In this document: in pieces, positions 8,936 to 18,039 of the stretch
Numbering within the stretch: the stretch's first letter is position 1
How the letters are laid out: every line of letters begins with the position of its first letter
Source of the DNA: Thermoplasmata archaeon
GTDB lineage: Archaea > Thermoplasmatota > SW-10-69-26 > JACQPN01 > JAJPHT01
DNA: 35,255 nt
Direction of reading: 5' to 3'
Assembly (NCBI GenBank): GCA_034667685.1
Contig: JAXDQU010000108.1
Span: forward strand, 1-35,255
Made by a program: the position numbers and the translations under genes
The notes under the pieces: model-generated
The model's input: the letters and a program-made list of their open reading frames with translations, nothing else
Database searches by the model: none
What the model was told of the DNA's origin: nothing

Positions 8936-9800
8936 TCTCGGCGAGCGTCGTCTCGCGCTCGGCGAACGCATTGTGCTTGTGGATGCTCTCCTCGGCCTCG
9001 CTGCGCGCGACGACCAGCGTGTCGTCCGGCAGGCTGGCGTAGCGCGTGGCGACCGCGTGCAGCATCTCGCGCACCACGTCCTCCACGAAGCGCGGGTTCT
9101 CGTGCGCCTGCATGACGAGCGCCGTCTCGTCGCCGCGCTTGAGCAGCTCGAAGGTGGGCGCGGAGAGCGAGCCCTCCGCGATGTCGATCAGGTCGTCCGC
9201 CTCGACGGACGCGCCCGCGCCGGTCTCGATCATGAGCGTGGCGACGTTGCGCTGGTTGTGCGTGATCGTCGGGAAGCCCGCGACGTCGTGCCCCTTGCCC
9301 GCCAGGATCGCGCGGCTCCCCTCCATCGCGCAGGGGCACGCGCTCATGCCGACGACCTCGACGCCGATGGCGCGCCGCTCCTCGCCGGCACGGGTCGCCA
9401 CGACGCGCGCCTCCAGGGCATAGCGCTCCAGCGTGGGCGCCTGGTTCTGCGGCGTGCGGCGCTCGCGGAAGTAGTCGGCGCTCACGCGCGCCTCGGCCTC
9501 GGCCGCGTACTCGTGGCGCTCCAGCAGCGCGTGCGCGATCCCCGAGGCGAGGTCCTCCAGGGAGTTGCTTTCCTTGCGCACGTGCTCGTCGATGACGCGG
9601 TTGACGACCTCGATGTTGCGGCTCATGTGCGTGCCGCGCTGCTCGGCGGGCAGGTCCACGAAGACGTCGAAGGTCCCCACGAGGTGGTTGGCCCGGCCGT
9701 GGCGCGCGACGCGGAGCGGCTTGACGACGCCGGTGACGCCCACGCGCGTGAGCCGGAACGGCCGGGCGGCCCGGTGCGACTGCACGTCGGGGAGCTTCAT
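8922..9800 (-). CDS. mptA: GTP cyclohydrolase MptA (FolE2 family)
   Basis: LPDVQ, LTRVGVTGV, QRGTHMSRN, GMSACPCA, THNQR, LLKRGDE, NPRFVEDVVR and ESIHKHNAFA. Confidence 0.92.
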   Translation of the reverse strand: MKLPDVQSHRAARPFRLTRVGVTGVVKPLRVARHGRANHLVGTFDVFVDLPAEQRGTHMSRNIEVVNRVIDEHVRKESNSLEDLASGIAHALLERHEYAAEAEARVSADYFRERRTPQNQAPTLERYALEARVVATRAGEERRAIGVEVVGMSACPCAMEGSRAILAGKGHDVAGFPTITHNQRNVATLMIETGAGASVEADDLIDIAEGSLSAPTFELLKRGDETALVMQAHENPRFVEDVVREMLHAVATRYASLPDDTLVVARSEAEESIHKHNAFAERETTLAEIRTA

Positions 9801-9824
9801 GGAATGCGCGACACGGCGTTTCCC

Positions 9825-10106
9825 TCATAAACGCTCGGTGACGAGCCGCCGCTCCAGGAGGGCGAGCACGCTCCACGTGGCGAGCCAGCCCAGGATGCCG
9901 GCGCCGGCACCCAACTCCAACGGAACGACGCACCGCGAGACGGACTTGGGCGGGACCGGCGTGGACCTGGGGGTGTCGTTGGCGCCGGACGGAGGCGCCA
10001 GGGGCTCGCAGTGCGGGTTCGAGAAGTCGGGATGGAACGTGCGCACGCCGCCGTCCACCAGGAGAAGGAGCGCGAGGGCCACGAGCCACGGCGCCCACCT
10101 CCTCAT
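9825..10106 (-). CDS. Small two-TM membrane protein
   Basis: Two hydrophobic helices around a Cys-pair loop; ATGA overlap with the upstream gene. Confidence 0.6.
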   Translation of the reverse strand: MRRWAPWLVALALLLLVDGGVRTFHPDFSNPHCEPLAPPSGANDTPRSTPVPPKSVSRCVVPLELGAGAGILGWLATWSVLALLERRLVTERL

Positions 10107-10813
10107 CGTGGCGCCTCCAGGGAGTCGAGCATCGCCTCGAGCCGCAGGGCTTGTCGCACGAACGTCTGCGCGGTGGCGGCGTCCACGGTGGCGCCGTTGC
10201 GCACGTCGCGCGCCGCCGCGCGGAGCTTCTCGACGGCGAGGTAGAAGCTGGGCGGAAGGCGAGCCACCTCGTCGAGCGCGTCCAGCGCCTCGGCGAAGCC
10301 TTCAGGGCGCGGGCGCGGAGCGCGCTTCGTCCCCAGCGCCCGCGTGATCGCATTGTCAAGGTCGCGCCACGCGACGTCCAAGGCGTTGGCCGGGTTCTCC
10401 CCGAGCGCCGTGGCCGTCTCGCGTGGGAGGTCGGCCGGGAGCGACGGGCGGGCCCGTCGGCGCCGGTCGGCGATCTTCTCCAAATGCTCGACGCGTTTCT
10501 CGCAGGCCGCGAGCCTCGCGGCCTCGGCATTGTGGGAAGGGAGAAAGACCTCTTTTTGGATGTCGAGCGCAGCAACCGTCTCCAGGTGGTCCTCCGGGGT
10601 CAGGTGGAGCGCCTTGGCTGCGGCCGCGGCCGCGTCCGTGCTCTTCTCCGCCTCGCCCACCGTCACCTCCACGCCGCTGGCACCCGCCTTGAGCGTCTTG
10701 ACGTGCGCCGCGAGGTCCCGGAGCTGGGGATAGAAGAGCACCACCAGGAGCAGGACGAAGCCCGGCCACACGAGCGTCTTGAGCGTCGTCGCGAAGAACT
10801 CCAGCCAATCCAT
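10103..10813 (-). CDS. Membrane-anchored hypothetical protein with helical C-terminal domain
   Basis: N-terminal TM (LVWPGFVLLLVVLF), then KTLKAGASGVEV and a helical C-terminal domain. Start placed at MDWLEFF. Confidence 0.7.
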   Translation of the reverse strand: MDWLEFFATTLKTLVWPGFVLLLVVLFYPQLRDLAAHVKTLKAGASGVEVTVGEAEKSTDAAAAAAKALHLTPEDHLETVAALDIQKEVFLPSHNAEAARLAACEKRVEHLEKIADRRRRARPSLPADLPRETATALGENPANALDVAWRDLDNAITRALGTKRAPRPRPEGFAEALDALDEVARLPPSFYLAVEKLRAAARDVRNGATVDAATAQTFVRQALRLEAMLDSLEAPR

Positions 10814-10910
10814 GCGCGACCGATCCGGTAACATCGGCCCAGGTGCATCATCCTTCGGCCTCGGCGGCGCCCGAGCAAACGGCTTTGGCGAGGGAGCGAG
10901 GTGCGGCGGC

Positions 10911-12122
10911 GTGGACGTCGTGGTCGTCGGAGGGGGGGCCGCAGGCTTCTTCGGCGCGTTGCGGGCCGCCGAGCTCGGCGCCTCGGTGACGCTGCTCGAG
11001 GCCACCGCGACGCCGCTCCAGAAGGTGCGCATCTCGGGGGGCGGGCGCTGCAACGTCACGAACGCCGCGACCGACCCCGCGCTGCTCGCGACGAAGTACC
11101 CGCGCGGGGGCAAGGAGATGCGCGGCGCGCTGGCGCGCTTCGGCCCGCGGGAGACGATGCAGTGGTTCGAGTCGCGCGGGGTCGCGCTGAAGACCGAGCC
11201 CGACGGGCGCGTCTTCCCGACCACGGACGACTCGGAGACCATCTGCCAGTGCCTCTTGCGCGAGGCGGAGAAGCTCGGCGTGGCGGTGCGGACGGGCGCC
11301 AAGCCCACGGGCCTGACGCGCGCGGAACGATATCAGGTGGCGCTGAAGGACGAGACGCTCCTCGCGGATGGCGTGCTCCTCGCCAGCGGCAGCAACCCGC
11401 AAGGGCTCGCGCTCGCGGCGTCCTTGGGGCACAAGCTCGTGCCGCCCGTGCCCAGCTTGTTCACGTTCGAGGTGAAGGACGCGCGGCTCGACGGGCTCGC
11501 GGGCGTCGCGGTGGAGCGCGTGCGGGCGAAGGCGCTCGTGGGAAGCGAGACGTTCGAGCAGGAGGGGCCGCTGCTCGTGACGCACTGGGGACTCTCGGCG
11601 CACGCGGTGCTGCGGCTCTCCGCCTGGGGCGCGCGGGCGTTCCACGACGCGGGTTACCGGGGCAGGCTCGTCGTCGACCTGCTGCCCGGAATGAGCGAGG
11701 CGACGCTGCGCGACCGGCTCATGGCGGCGCGCCAGCGCGAGGCGGGGCGCACGCTGGGCGCGCATCCCGTGGCGCCGGAGATCCCGCGCCGGCTCTGGGA
11801 GCGCCTGGTCGAGGCGGCGGGCGGGGCCGCCGACATGCGCTGGAGCGACGTGCCCAACCGCGGCGTGCAGGCGCTTCTCGACCAGCTCAAGCGCGCCACG
11901 TTCGAGATCACGGGGAAGGGGCCGTTCCGCGAGGAGTTCGTGACCGCGGGCGGCGTCCCGCGCGGCGAGGTCGACTGGCGCGCGATGGAGTCGCGCGTCG
12001 CGCCGGGCTTCCACGTCGCGGGCGAGGCGCTCGACGTCGACGCGCTCACGGGCGGCTTCAACCTCCAATGCGCGTGGACGACGGGCTGGATCGCCGGCAC
12101 CCACCTCGGCCGCGCGCCATGA
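10911..12122 (+). CDS. HI0933/YhiN(BaiN)-family NAD(P)/FAD-dependent oxidoreductase
   Basis: GGGAAG dinucleotide motif, KVRISGGGRCNVTN, GRVFP, THWGLS, FVTAGGV and DVDALTGGFNLQ. GTG start at 10911. Confidence 0.93.
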   Translation: MDVVVVGGGAAGFFGALRAAELGASVTLLEATATPLQKVRISGGGRCNVTNAATDPALLATKYPRGGKEMRGALARFGPRETMQWFESRGVALKTEPDGRVFPTTDDSETICQCLLREAEKLGVAVRTGAKPTGLTRAERYQVALKDETLLADGVLLASGSNPQGLALAASLGHKLVPPVPSLFTFEVKDARLDGLAGVAVERVRAKALVGSETFEQEGPLLVTHWGLSAHAVLRLSAWGARAFHDAGYRGRLVVDLLPGMSEATLRDRLMAARQREAGRTLGAHPVAPEIPRRLWERLVEAAGGAADMRWSDVPNRGVQALLDQLKRATFEITGKGPFREEFVTAGGVPRGEVDWRAMESRVAPGFHVAGEALDVDALTGGFNLQCAWTTGWIAGTHLGRAP

Positions 12123-12590
12123 CAACATTTGTCACAGATCGGCGGCGCGCCCCGTGTCCGAACGCGCTTCTGCAGATCGTGGACCATCTTCGCGTTATCG
12201 CTCGTGGTTGATATCCCCAATCCATTCGACGCGAGAGAGCCGAGGCTCGGCCATGGCGCGAATCCGGACAATGAGCGAGGCGGGGTTGCGTTCCCGCTGC
12301 GCTTATGACCGGGCGCGGCAGTGGGCAGGTGCGCGCGCCTCGCGTCGATCGCGCGGCCTCCCCGCGTCGGGGCGCACCTTTTCACACGTTACTTCGAACA
12401 ATCTTTCCACGTTGGCATTACACGTCCCGTGTGGCTTCTCGTGGGAACAAAGGATGGACCACAAGGACGTGATGCCGAGAACCGTCATTTTGTCGATTGG
12501 TTTATGCACAGCGCTCGCTTTGCTGGGCGCACCTGGAGGCTGGACACGCGCGAACCGCGAGCGCGCGTCTCCCAGGGGAGTGTCAACCAC

Positions 12591-14264
12591 ATGAGAACCA
12601 TGATCCTCGGGATCTCGATCGCGATGGTCGCCGCCCTCGCGCTGCCCTCGTTCGGCGGCGCCACGACGACCAACGTCACCCTGCAAGGCAACGTCTCGCC
12701 GCTCCTCGCCGACGCGGTCGACCTCGGCCCCGCGCAGGCGGCCCAGACGATCCACGTCGTCTGGTCGCTGCAGCTGCGCGACGCCGCCGGGCTGGACGCG
12801 TTCCTCGCCAACGTGCAGGACCCCGCGAGCCCCGTCTACCACCAGTTCCTGACGCAGGACCAGTTCAACCAGCTCTATGCGCCCACGCCCGCGCAGGAGC
12901 AGGCCGTCGTGGACTTCCTGACGGTCAACGGCTTCACCGTCACGGACACCTTCTCGAACCACCTGCTCGTCGGCGCCAACGCGCCCATCGCGACGGTCGA
13001 GAAGACGTTCGGCGTCGACATCCACAGCATGGCGCTGGGCACGACGCTGGGCTACGCGGCCCTCAACGAGCCCTCGGTGCCCACGGACCTCGCCGGGTTC
13101 ACCACGGGCATCGGCGGCCTCGACAACCTCGGCCAGGCCCAGCCCATGCACAGCACGCCCACGCCCGTCCTGGGCGGCGCGAGCCCCCACGACAACCTGG
13201 GCACGAGCTGCTGCTACTTCTCGCCCCGCGACCTCGACAACTTCTACAACGAGGCGCACACGACCACGAACACCGGCTCCGGCCAGACCGGCGTCATCGT
13301 GGGTGCGTACGACTTCAAGACCACGGACTTCTCGGCGTTCAACACGCAGATGGCCCTGGCCAACCCCAGCGTCACCCGCGTCTGCGCGGGCGGCACCCTG
13401 GGCACGGGCGCCTGCGCGTTCGACACCAGCTCCGCGGGCAACTCCATCGAGATCAGCCTCGACGTCGAGTACCTTCACGGCACGGCGCCCAGCGCCGCCA
13501 TCGTGAGCGTCATGGCGAAGACGACGGCGTTCACCGACTTCCAGACGGCCTACAACCAGGTCGTGACGAGCAACTACGGCCACTCCGTGAGCACGAGCTG
13601 GGGCGCCTGCGAGCAGAACATGGCGGCCAGCCAGCGCTCGGCGGACGACAGCATCTTCGCCAACGGCATCGCCGTGGGCCAGAGCTGGTTCGCGGCCTCG
13701 GGCGACAGCGGCTCGAAGGACTGCGGCCTCCGCGGCACCCAGACCGGCGTCGACTACCCCGCCTCCAGCCCGTACATCATGGGCGTCGGCGGCACGCACC
13801 CCAACTGCCCCGCGGGCAGCTTCACGGCGTCCAACCCCGTCTGCAGCGGCTACGGCAGCGAGAGCGGCTGGAGCGGCTCGGGCGGCGGCGACTCCGTCTA
13901 CTACGCAAAGCCCTCCTGGCAGACGGGATGCACGGTGCCCTCGGGCAACCGCCACGTCCCCGACGTCTCGCTCGAAGCGGACACCACCCCCGGCAACCTC
14001 GTCGCGTACAACGGCGGCTGGTACGCGGTGGGCGGCACGTCCGACGCGGCGCCCCAGATGGCGGGCATGTTCACCGCCCTCAACGCGCACAAGGGCGGCA
14101 GCGGCCTGGGCAACCCCGGCACGCGCCTCTACCAGCTCTGCGGCACGACGGCGTTCCACGACGTGACGTCGGGCAGCAACGGCGGCTTCTCGGCCGTCGC
14201 GGGCTACGACCGCGTCACGGGCATCGGCTCCGTGAACGAAGGCAACCTCGTCAACACGTACTGA
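12591..14264 (+). CDS. Secreted S53 (sedolisin/kumamolisin) peptidase with pro-domain
   Basis: Signal peptide, pro-domain (DPASPVYHQFLT), EISLDVE, SGDSG, GGTSDAAP and Ca-site YDRVTGIGS. Confidence 0.93.
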   Translation: MRTMILGISIAMVAALALPSFGGATTTNVTLQGNVSPLLADAVDLGPAQAAQTIHVVWSLQLRDAAGLDAFLANVQDPASPVYHQFLTQDQFNQLYAPTPAQEQAVVDFLTVNGFTVTDTFSNHLLVGANAPIATVEKTFGVDIHSMALGTTLGYAALNEPSVPTDLAGFTTGIGGLDNLGQAQPMHSTPTPVLGGASPHDNLGTSCCYFSPRDLDNFYNEAHTTTNTGSGQTGVIVGAYDFKTTDFSAFNTQMALANPSVTRVCAGGTLGTGACAFDTSSAGNSIEISLDVEYLHGTAPSAAIVSVMAKTTAFTDFQTAYNQVVTSNYGHSVSTSWGACEQNMAASQRSADDSIFANGIAVGQSWFAASGDSGSKDCGLRGTQTGVDYPASSPYIMGVGGTHPNCPAGSFTASNPVCSGYGSESGWSGSGGGDSVYYAKPSWQTGCTVPSGNRHVPDVSLEADTTPGNLVAYNGGWYAVGGTSDAAPQMAGMFTALNAHKGGSGLGNPGTRLYQLCGTTAFHDVTSGSNGGFSAVAGYDRVTGIGSVNEGNLVNTY

Positions 14265-14276
14265 GGCGCATGGCCT

Positions 14277-14320
14277 CGGGGTGGCCGCCGCGTGGTGGCC
14301 GCCCCCTCTCCTTCTTCTCT
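14277..14320 (+). terminator. Hairpin plus pyrimidine tract after S53 gene
   Basis: GGGGTGGCCGCC..GGTGGCCGCCCC stem followed by CTCTCCTTCTTCTCT. Confidence 0.5.
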
Positions 14321-14393
14321 ATGCGGATCGCCGCCGCGCGCGACAGATAGATGTCTCCCTCCGGGTTTCCGCGCCGCGGAGGCAACTGAGAGC

Positions 14394-16190
14394 ATGACGA
14401 TACGAGCGGTGAGCCTGGCTTTGGCCGCGCTTCTGATCATCCCCCTCGCGCCCCTGGCCGCGCTTCCCCCCGCGCAGGCCGTGGCGCCGAACACCACCTA
14501 CTACCTGCATGGCCAGACGCCCGCGGGCAACCTCGAGGAGAGCGCCACGTTCGCCGTGGGCCTGCTCACCCCGAGCATGGACGCGACGCCCCCGGCGACG
14601 CCCGCGCCCAAGCTCGTGGGCACCGAGCAGATCGCGTGGTTCACCAGCAACGACAACCCGACGTTCGGCTACTGGGACGCGCCCTTGCACGCGGACCTCT
14701 CCGACGCGGTGGCGACGCTCTACGTCATGGGCAGCGGCCCCGTGAGCGTCGAGCTGCTCGCGGACGGCGCGCGGGTGGGCAGCGCGAGCGCGGACGTGAC
14801 GCTGGCCCCCTCGGCCGTCACGGTCTCCATCCCGACCACCGCGGTCCCCGTGGCGGGCACGCTGCGCCTCATCGTCGCCGTGAGCGCGGGCGCCGTCCTC
14901 TACGACTCCACGCAGTTCCCCTCCTCGCTGAGCTTCGTCGCGTCCGACTACACGCCCCCCTCGGGCGGCAGCGGCGGCAGCGCGTGGGTCGCCCCCTCGC
15001 CCGCCTCGGGCTGGGGCGCCGTGAGGCTGGCCGACGACGCGTGGGCCGGGCGCGAGGCGAGCCTCGCCCTCGATCCCACGGACGCGCAGCGCATCGCTCT
15101 CTGCTCGCCCACCGGCGTGCCGCAGACCAGCTACGGGCACTCGCTCTTCGTGCGCTCGCAGGACGGCGGCGACACCTTCGCCGCCATCGAGGTCGAGCAG
15201 AAGGCGACGGACACGCGCAAGTACGCCTTCGAGGGCGGCGATTGTGATATCACCTTCGACGCGGGCGGCACGATGTACACCGCCGACACGTGGCTGGGCG
15301 ACCTCTCGGTGGGCCACAGCACCGACGGCGGCGACACCTGGGACGGCACCGCCGTCGCCACCACCGCGCCCGTCGTCGACCGCCCCTGGCTCGTGGGCGG
15401 CCCGGCCGGCACCGTCCACCTGACGTGGCAGGACGTGCAGTTCGCCATGCCCACCGCGATCTGGTACGAGCGCAGCACGGACTACGGGCAGACCTTCACG
15501 CCCGCCGTGCCCATCGCGACCTCGCACGCCAACCAGGCCTTCTCCTGGGAGGGCAACCTCGTCGTCGCGCCCGGCGGCCACGACCTCTACCTCGCGTACA
15601 CGACGCGCGCGGACGCCGAGTACCTCACCTCGTCGGCCGAGAGCGTGTGGGTCGCCGCGAGCCACGACGACGGCCTGACGTGGACGCAGAACCTCGTGCG
15701 CAGCAACGCGCGCGCGGCGAGCTACCTCTACCCGAGCCTCGGCCTCGACAGCGCGGGCGGGCTGCACGTCGCGTGGGCGATGAACGACACGCACGACCAG
15801 GCCGTCTGGTACAGCCACTCCGCGGACCAGGGCGTCTCGTGGAGCGCGCCGGTGAAGGTCGCCTCTGGCGTGGGCGCGTACGGCCCCTGGATCGTGGGCG
15901 CGGGCCCCGGCCAGGCCGTCGTCGCGTGGCTGGGCACGCCCAGCGGCTTCGCCGACTCGGGCCAGGACTGGTACTTCTACGCCTACCGCGAGAGCGGCGC
16001 CGACACCGGCGCGCCGGCCTTCACGGGCGGCAAGACCACGACGACGCCGGTCTTCGTGGGCGCCGAGGCGATGCCCGAGTTCAACCAGGTCCGCCTCGAT
16101 GGCGCGGGCAAGATCCACCTCGGCATGTCCGCCCTCGTGCCGGACGCCAACGGTGGCCACTGGGGTCTCTTCCACCAGATGGAGACTTGA
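14394..16190 (+). CDS. Secreted BNR/Asp-box beta-propeller (sialidase-like fold) protein with N-terminal beta domain
   Basis: Signal peptide and five Asp-boxes: SQDGGDTF, STDGGDTW, STDYGQTF, SHDDGLTW, SADQGVSW. Confidence 0.85.
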   Translation: MTIRAVSLALAALLIIPLAPLAALPPAQAVAPNTTYYLHGQTPAGNLEESATFAVGLLTPSMDATPPATPAPKLVGTEQIAWFTSNDNPTFGYWDAPLHADLSDAVATLYVMGSGPVSVELLADGARVGSASADVTLAPSAVTVSIPTTAVPVAGTLRLIVAVSAGAVLYDSTQFPSSLSFVASDYTPPSGGSGGSAWVAPSPASGWGAVRLADDAWAGREASLALDPTDAQRIALCSPTGVPQTSYGHSLFVRSQDGGDTFAAIEVEQKATDTRKYAFEGGDCDITFDAGGTMYTADTWLGDLSVGHSTDGGDTWDGTAVATTAPVVDRPWLVGGPAGTVHLTWQDVQFAMPTAIWYERSTDYGQTFTPAVPIATSHANQAFSWEGNLVVAPGGHDLYLAYTTRADAEYLTSSAESVWVAASHDDGLTWTQNLVRSNARAASYLYPSLGLDSAGGLHVAWAMNDTHDQAVWYSHSADQGVSWSAPVKVASGVGAYGPWIVGAGPGQAVVAWLGTPSGFADSGQDWYFYAYRESGADTGAPAFTGGKTTTTPVFVGAEAMPEFNQVRLDGAGKIHLGMSALVPDANGGHWGLFHQMET

Positions 16191-16201
16191 GCCGCTTCGA
16201 A

Positions 16202-16309
16202 GGGAAGACGGGAAGCGAGGAAAGACGGGAAACGCGGGGGAAGAAGGGCGCCCTGCAAGGGACCCTTCTTCCCCCGCGTTTCCCGTCTTCCCATCTTCCC
16301 TCGCTTCCC
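16202..16309. repeat. Purine/pyrimidine-segregated inverted repeat with 27-bp perfect core
   Basis: AAGACGGGAAACGCGGGGGAAGAAGGG (16222-16248) and its reverse complement (16263-16289), flanked by ~9-nt GGGAAGACG-type units. Confidence 0.9.
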
Positions 16310-16354
16310 TCCACTGCCACAATCGCTTTGACCCGGCTCTTGTCTCGCGGCGTC

Positions 16355-17479
16355 GTGCGAGGCGTTTCCCTCCTTCTCCTGATCGCGCTCGTGGCCGGCT
16401 GCCTCGCGCAGCCCCAGGCGCCCGCGGCCGTCGCGCCCGCGCCCGCCGCGCTGCCGGCGCCGACGCACGTGGGGCACGTGTTCATCATCGTGCTGGAGAA
16501 CGAAGGCTACGACACGACGTTCGGCCAGGCCGAGTCGCCCTACCTCGGGAAGGACCTGCCCGCGCAGGGCCGCCTCCTGACGCAATACTACGCGATCGGC
16601 CACGCGAGCCTCGACAACTACGTCGCCATGATATCAGGCCAGGCGCCCAACCCGATGACGCAGGGCGACTGCCCTGTGTACGTCGATTTCCGCGAGGTCA
16701 CGCAGCTCGATGGGCAGGCCGTGGGGCAGGGGTGCGTCTACCCGAAGGACGTGGGCGACCTGGGCACGCAGATGACGGCGAAGGGGCTTTCGTGGCGCAT
16801 GTACGCCGAGGACATGAACGCCTCCGCGCCCGACGTCCCCGGCGCGTGCCGCCACCCGGCGCTCGGCTCGCGCGACCCGTGGGAGGGCGCCACGAGCGCG
16901 AAGGACCAGTACGCGACGAAGCACGTGCCGTTCCTGTACTTCCACAACGTGATCGACGACGCGAAGGCGTGCGCCGAGCGCAACGTGGACCTCGCGCTGC
17001 TCGAAGCCGATCTGAACGACTCGGCCGCGACGCCGAGCCTCGCCTTCATCAGCCCGAACCTGTGCCACGACGGGCACGACATGGGCTGCGCGAGCGGCGA
17101 GCCGGGCGGCTACAAGTCCATCGACGCCTTCCTGCGCGTCTGGGTCCCGCGCATCCTCAACAGCACCGCCTACCAGAAGGACGGGCTGCTGATCGTCACG
17201 TTCGACGAGTCGGAGTCGGACGCCAGCGCGTGCTGCGGCGAGAAGGCCGGCTACGGCACGCCCGCCCCCGGCGAGCAGGGCCCCGGCGGCGGGCGCACCG
17301 GCGCCGTCCTGCTATCACGCTGCCTCGTCCCCGGCACGAAGGACGAGACGCCGTACAACCACTACTCGCTGCTGCGGACGCTCGAGGACGACTTCGGGCT
17401 CGCGCACCTCGGCTACGCCGCGGACGCCGGGCTCAAGGACTTCGACCTTGGCGCGTGCGCGGCCAAGGCCCCGTCGTGA
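16355..17479 (+). CDS. Phosphoesterase-family (acid phosphatase/phospholipase C) lipoprotein
   Basis: Lipobox LVAGC, HVFIIVLENEGYD, HASLDNY, KHVPF, PNLCHDGHD, IVTFDE and YNHYSLLRTLED. Confidence 0.88.
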   Translation: MRGVSLLLLIALVAGCLAQPQAPAAVAPAPAALPAPTHVGHVFIIVLENEGYDTTFGQAESPYLGKDLPAQGRLLTQYYAIGHASLDNYVAMISGQAPNPMTQGDCPVYVDFREVTQLDGQAVGQGCVYPKDVGDLGTQMTAKGLSWRMYAEDMNASAPDVPGACRHPALGSRDPWEGATSAKDQYATKHVPFLYFHNVIDDAKACAERNVDLALLEADLNDSAATPSLAFISPNLCHDGHDMGCASGEPGGYKSIDAFLRVWVPRILNSTAYQKDGLLIVTFDESESDASACCGEKAGYGTPAPGEQGPGGGRTGAVLLSRCLVPGTKDETPYNHYSLLRTLEDDFGLAHLGYAADAGLKDFDLGACAAKAPS

Positions 17480-17548
17480 GCCTCCGAGTCCAATGTGGGG
17501 CTAGTGTCGTCATGTGCGACCGGGGCATCGTGGTCACGGTTGTTCCAC

Positions 17549-18034
17549 ATGCTTGGAAGACTCATTTGCGTCGCAGCCCTGATGGCGGGCCTCGTCGTCG
17601 CCGCAGCTCCAGCGTCCGCCGGCGTCTCCGTCTGCGCCCCTGGAGCGTTTCCCGCGAAGCCCCTTCCGGGCGGGATCATCGGCACGACCTGGGACACCGT
17701 GAAGCAGACCTACGACGGTTCGCCCGTGGCGAGCTTCTGCACACCGGACACGGACGGCCTCGTCGCGACGGTCACGGGGGCCGCGGAGACCAGCTGCGAC
17801 GTGCTCGCCGGAGAATCCTGCGAAGCGCTCGCCAACGTCGACTGCGGGAATCCGCTCACGGCAGACCTCACGTCGGTGTGCGTCGACCCCGCGCGCATGG
17901 GGCTGGGCGTTTGCCTCGGCTCGTGGTCCCTGGGCGCGGGCGTCAGCGTCCGAGGGGCGTGCCATCGCGGCGAACCGACGTCCACCGTCGTGGTCGTGTG
18001 CGTCGATCCGATCTGCGTATTCTATCCCCAGTAG
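17549..18034 (+). CDS. Secreted cysteine-rich small protein
   Basis: Signal peptide ending APASA; 10 Cys in the mature part; VCVDP occurs twice. Confidence 0.7.
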   Translation: MLGRLICVAALMAGLVVAAAPASAGVSVCAPGAFPAKPLPGGIIGTTWDTVKQTYDGSPVASFCTPDTDGLVATVTGAAETSCDVLAGESCEALANVDCGNPLTADLTSVCVDPARMGLGVCLGSWSLGAGVSVRGACHRGEPTSTVVVVCVDPICVFYPQ

Positions 18035-18039
18035 GTCGT

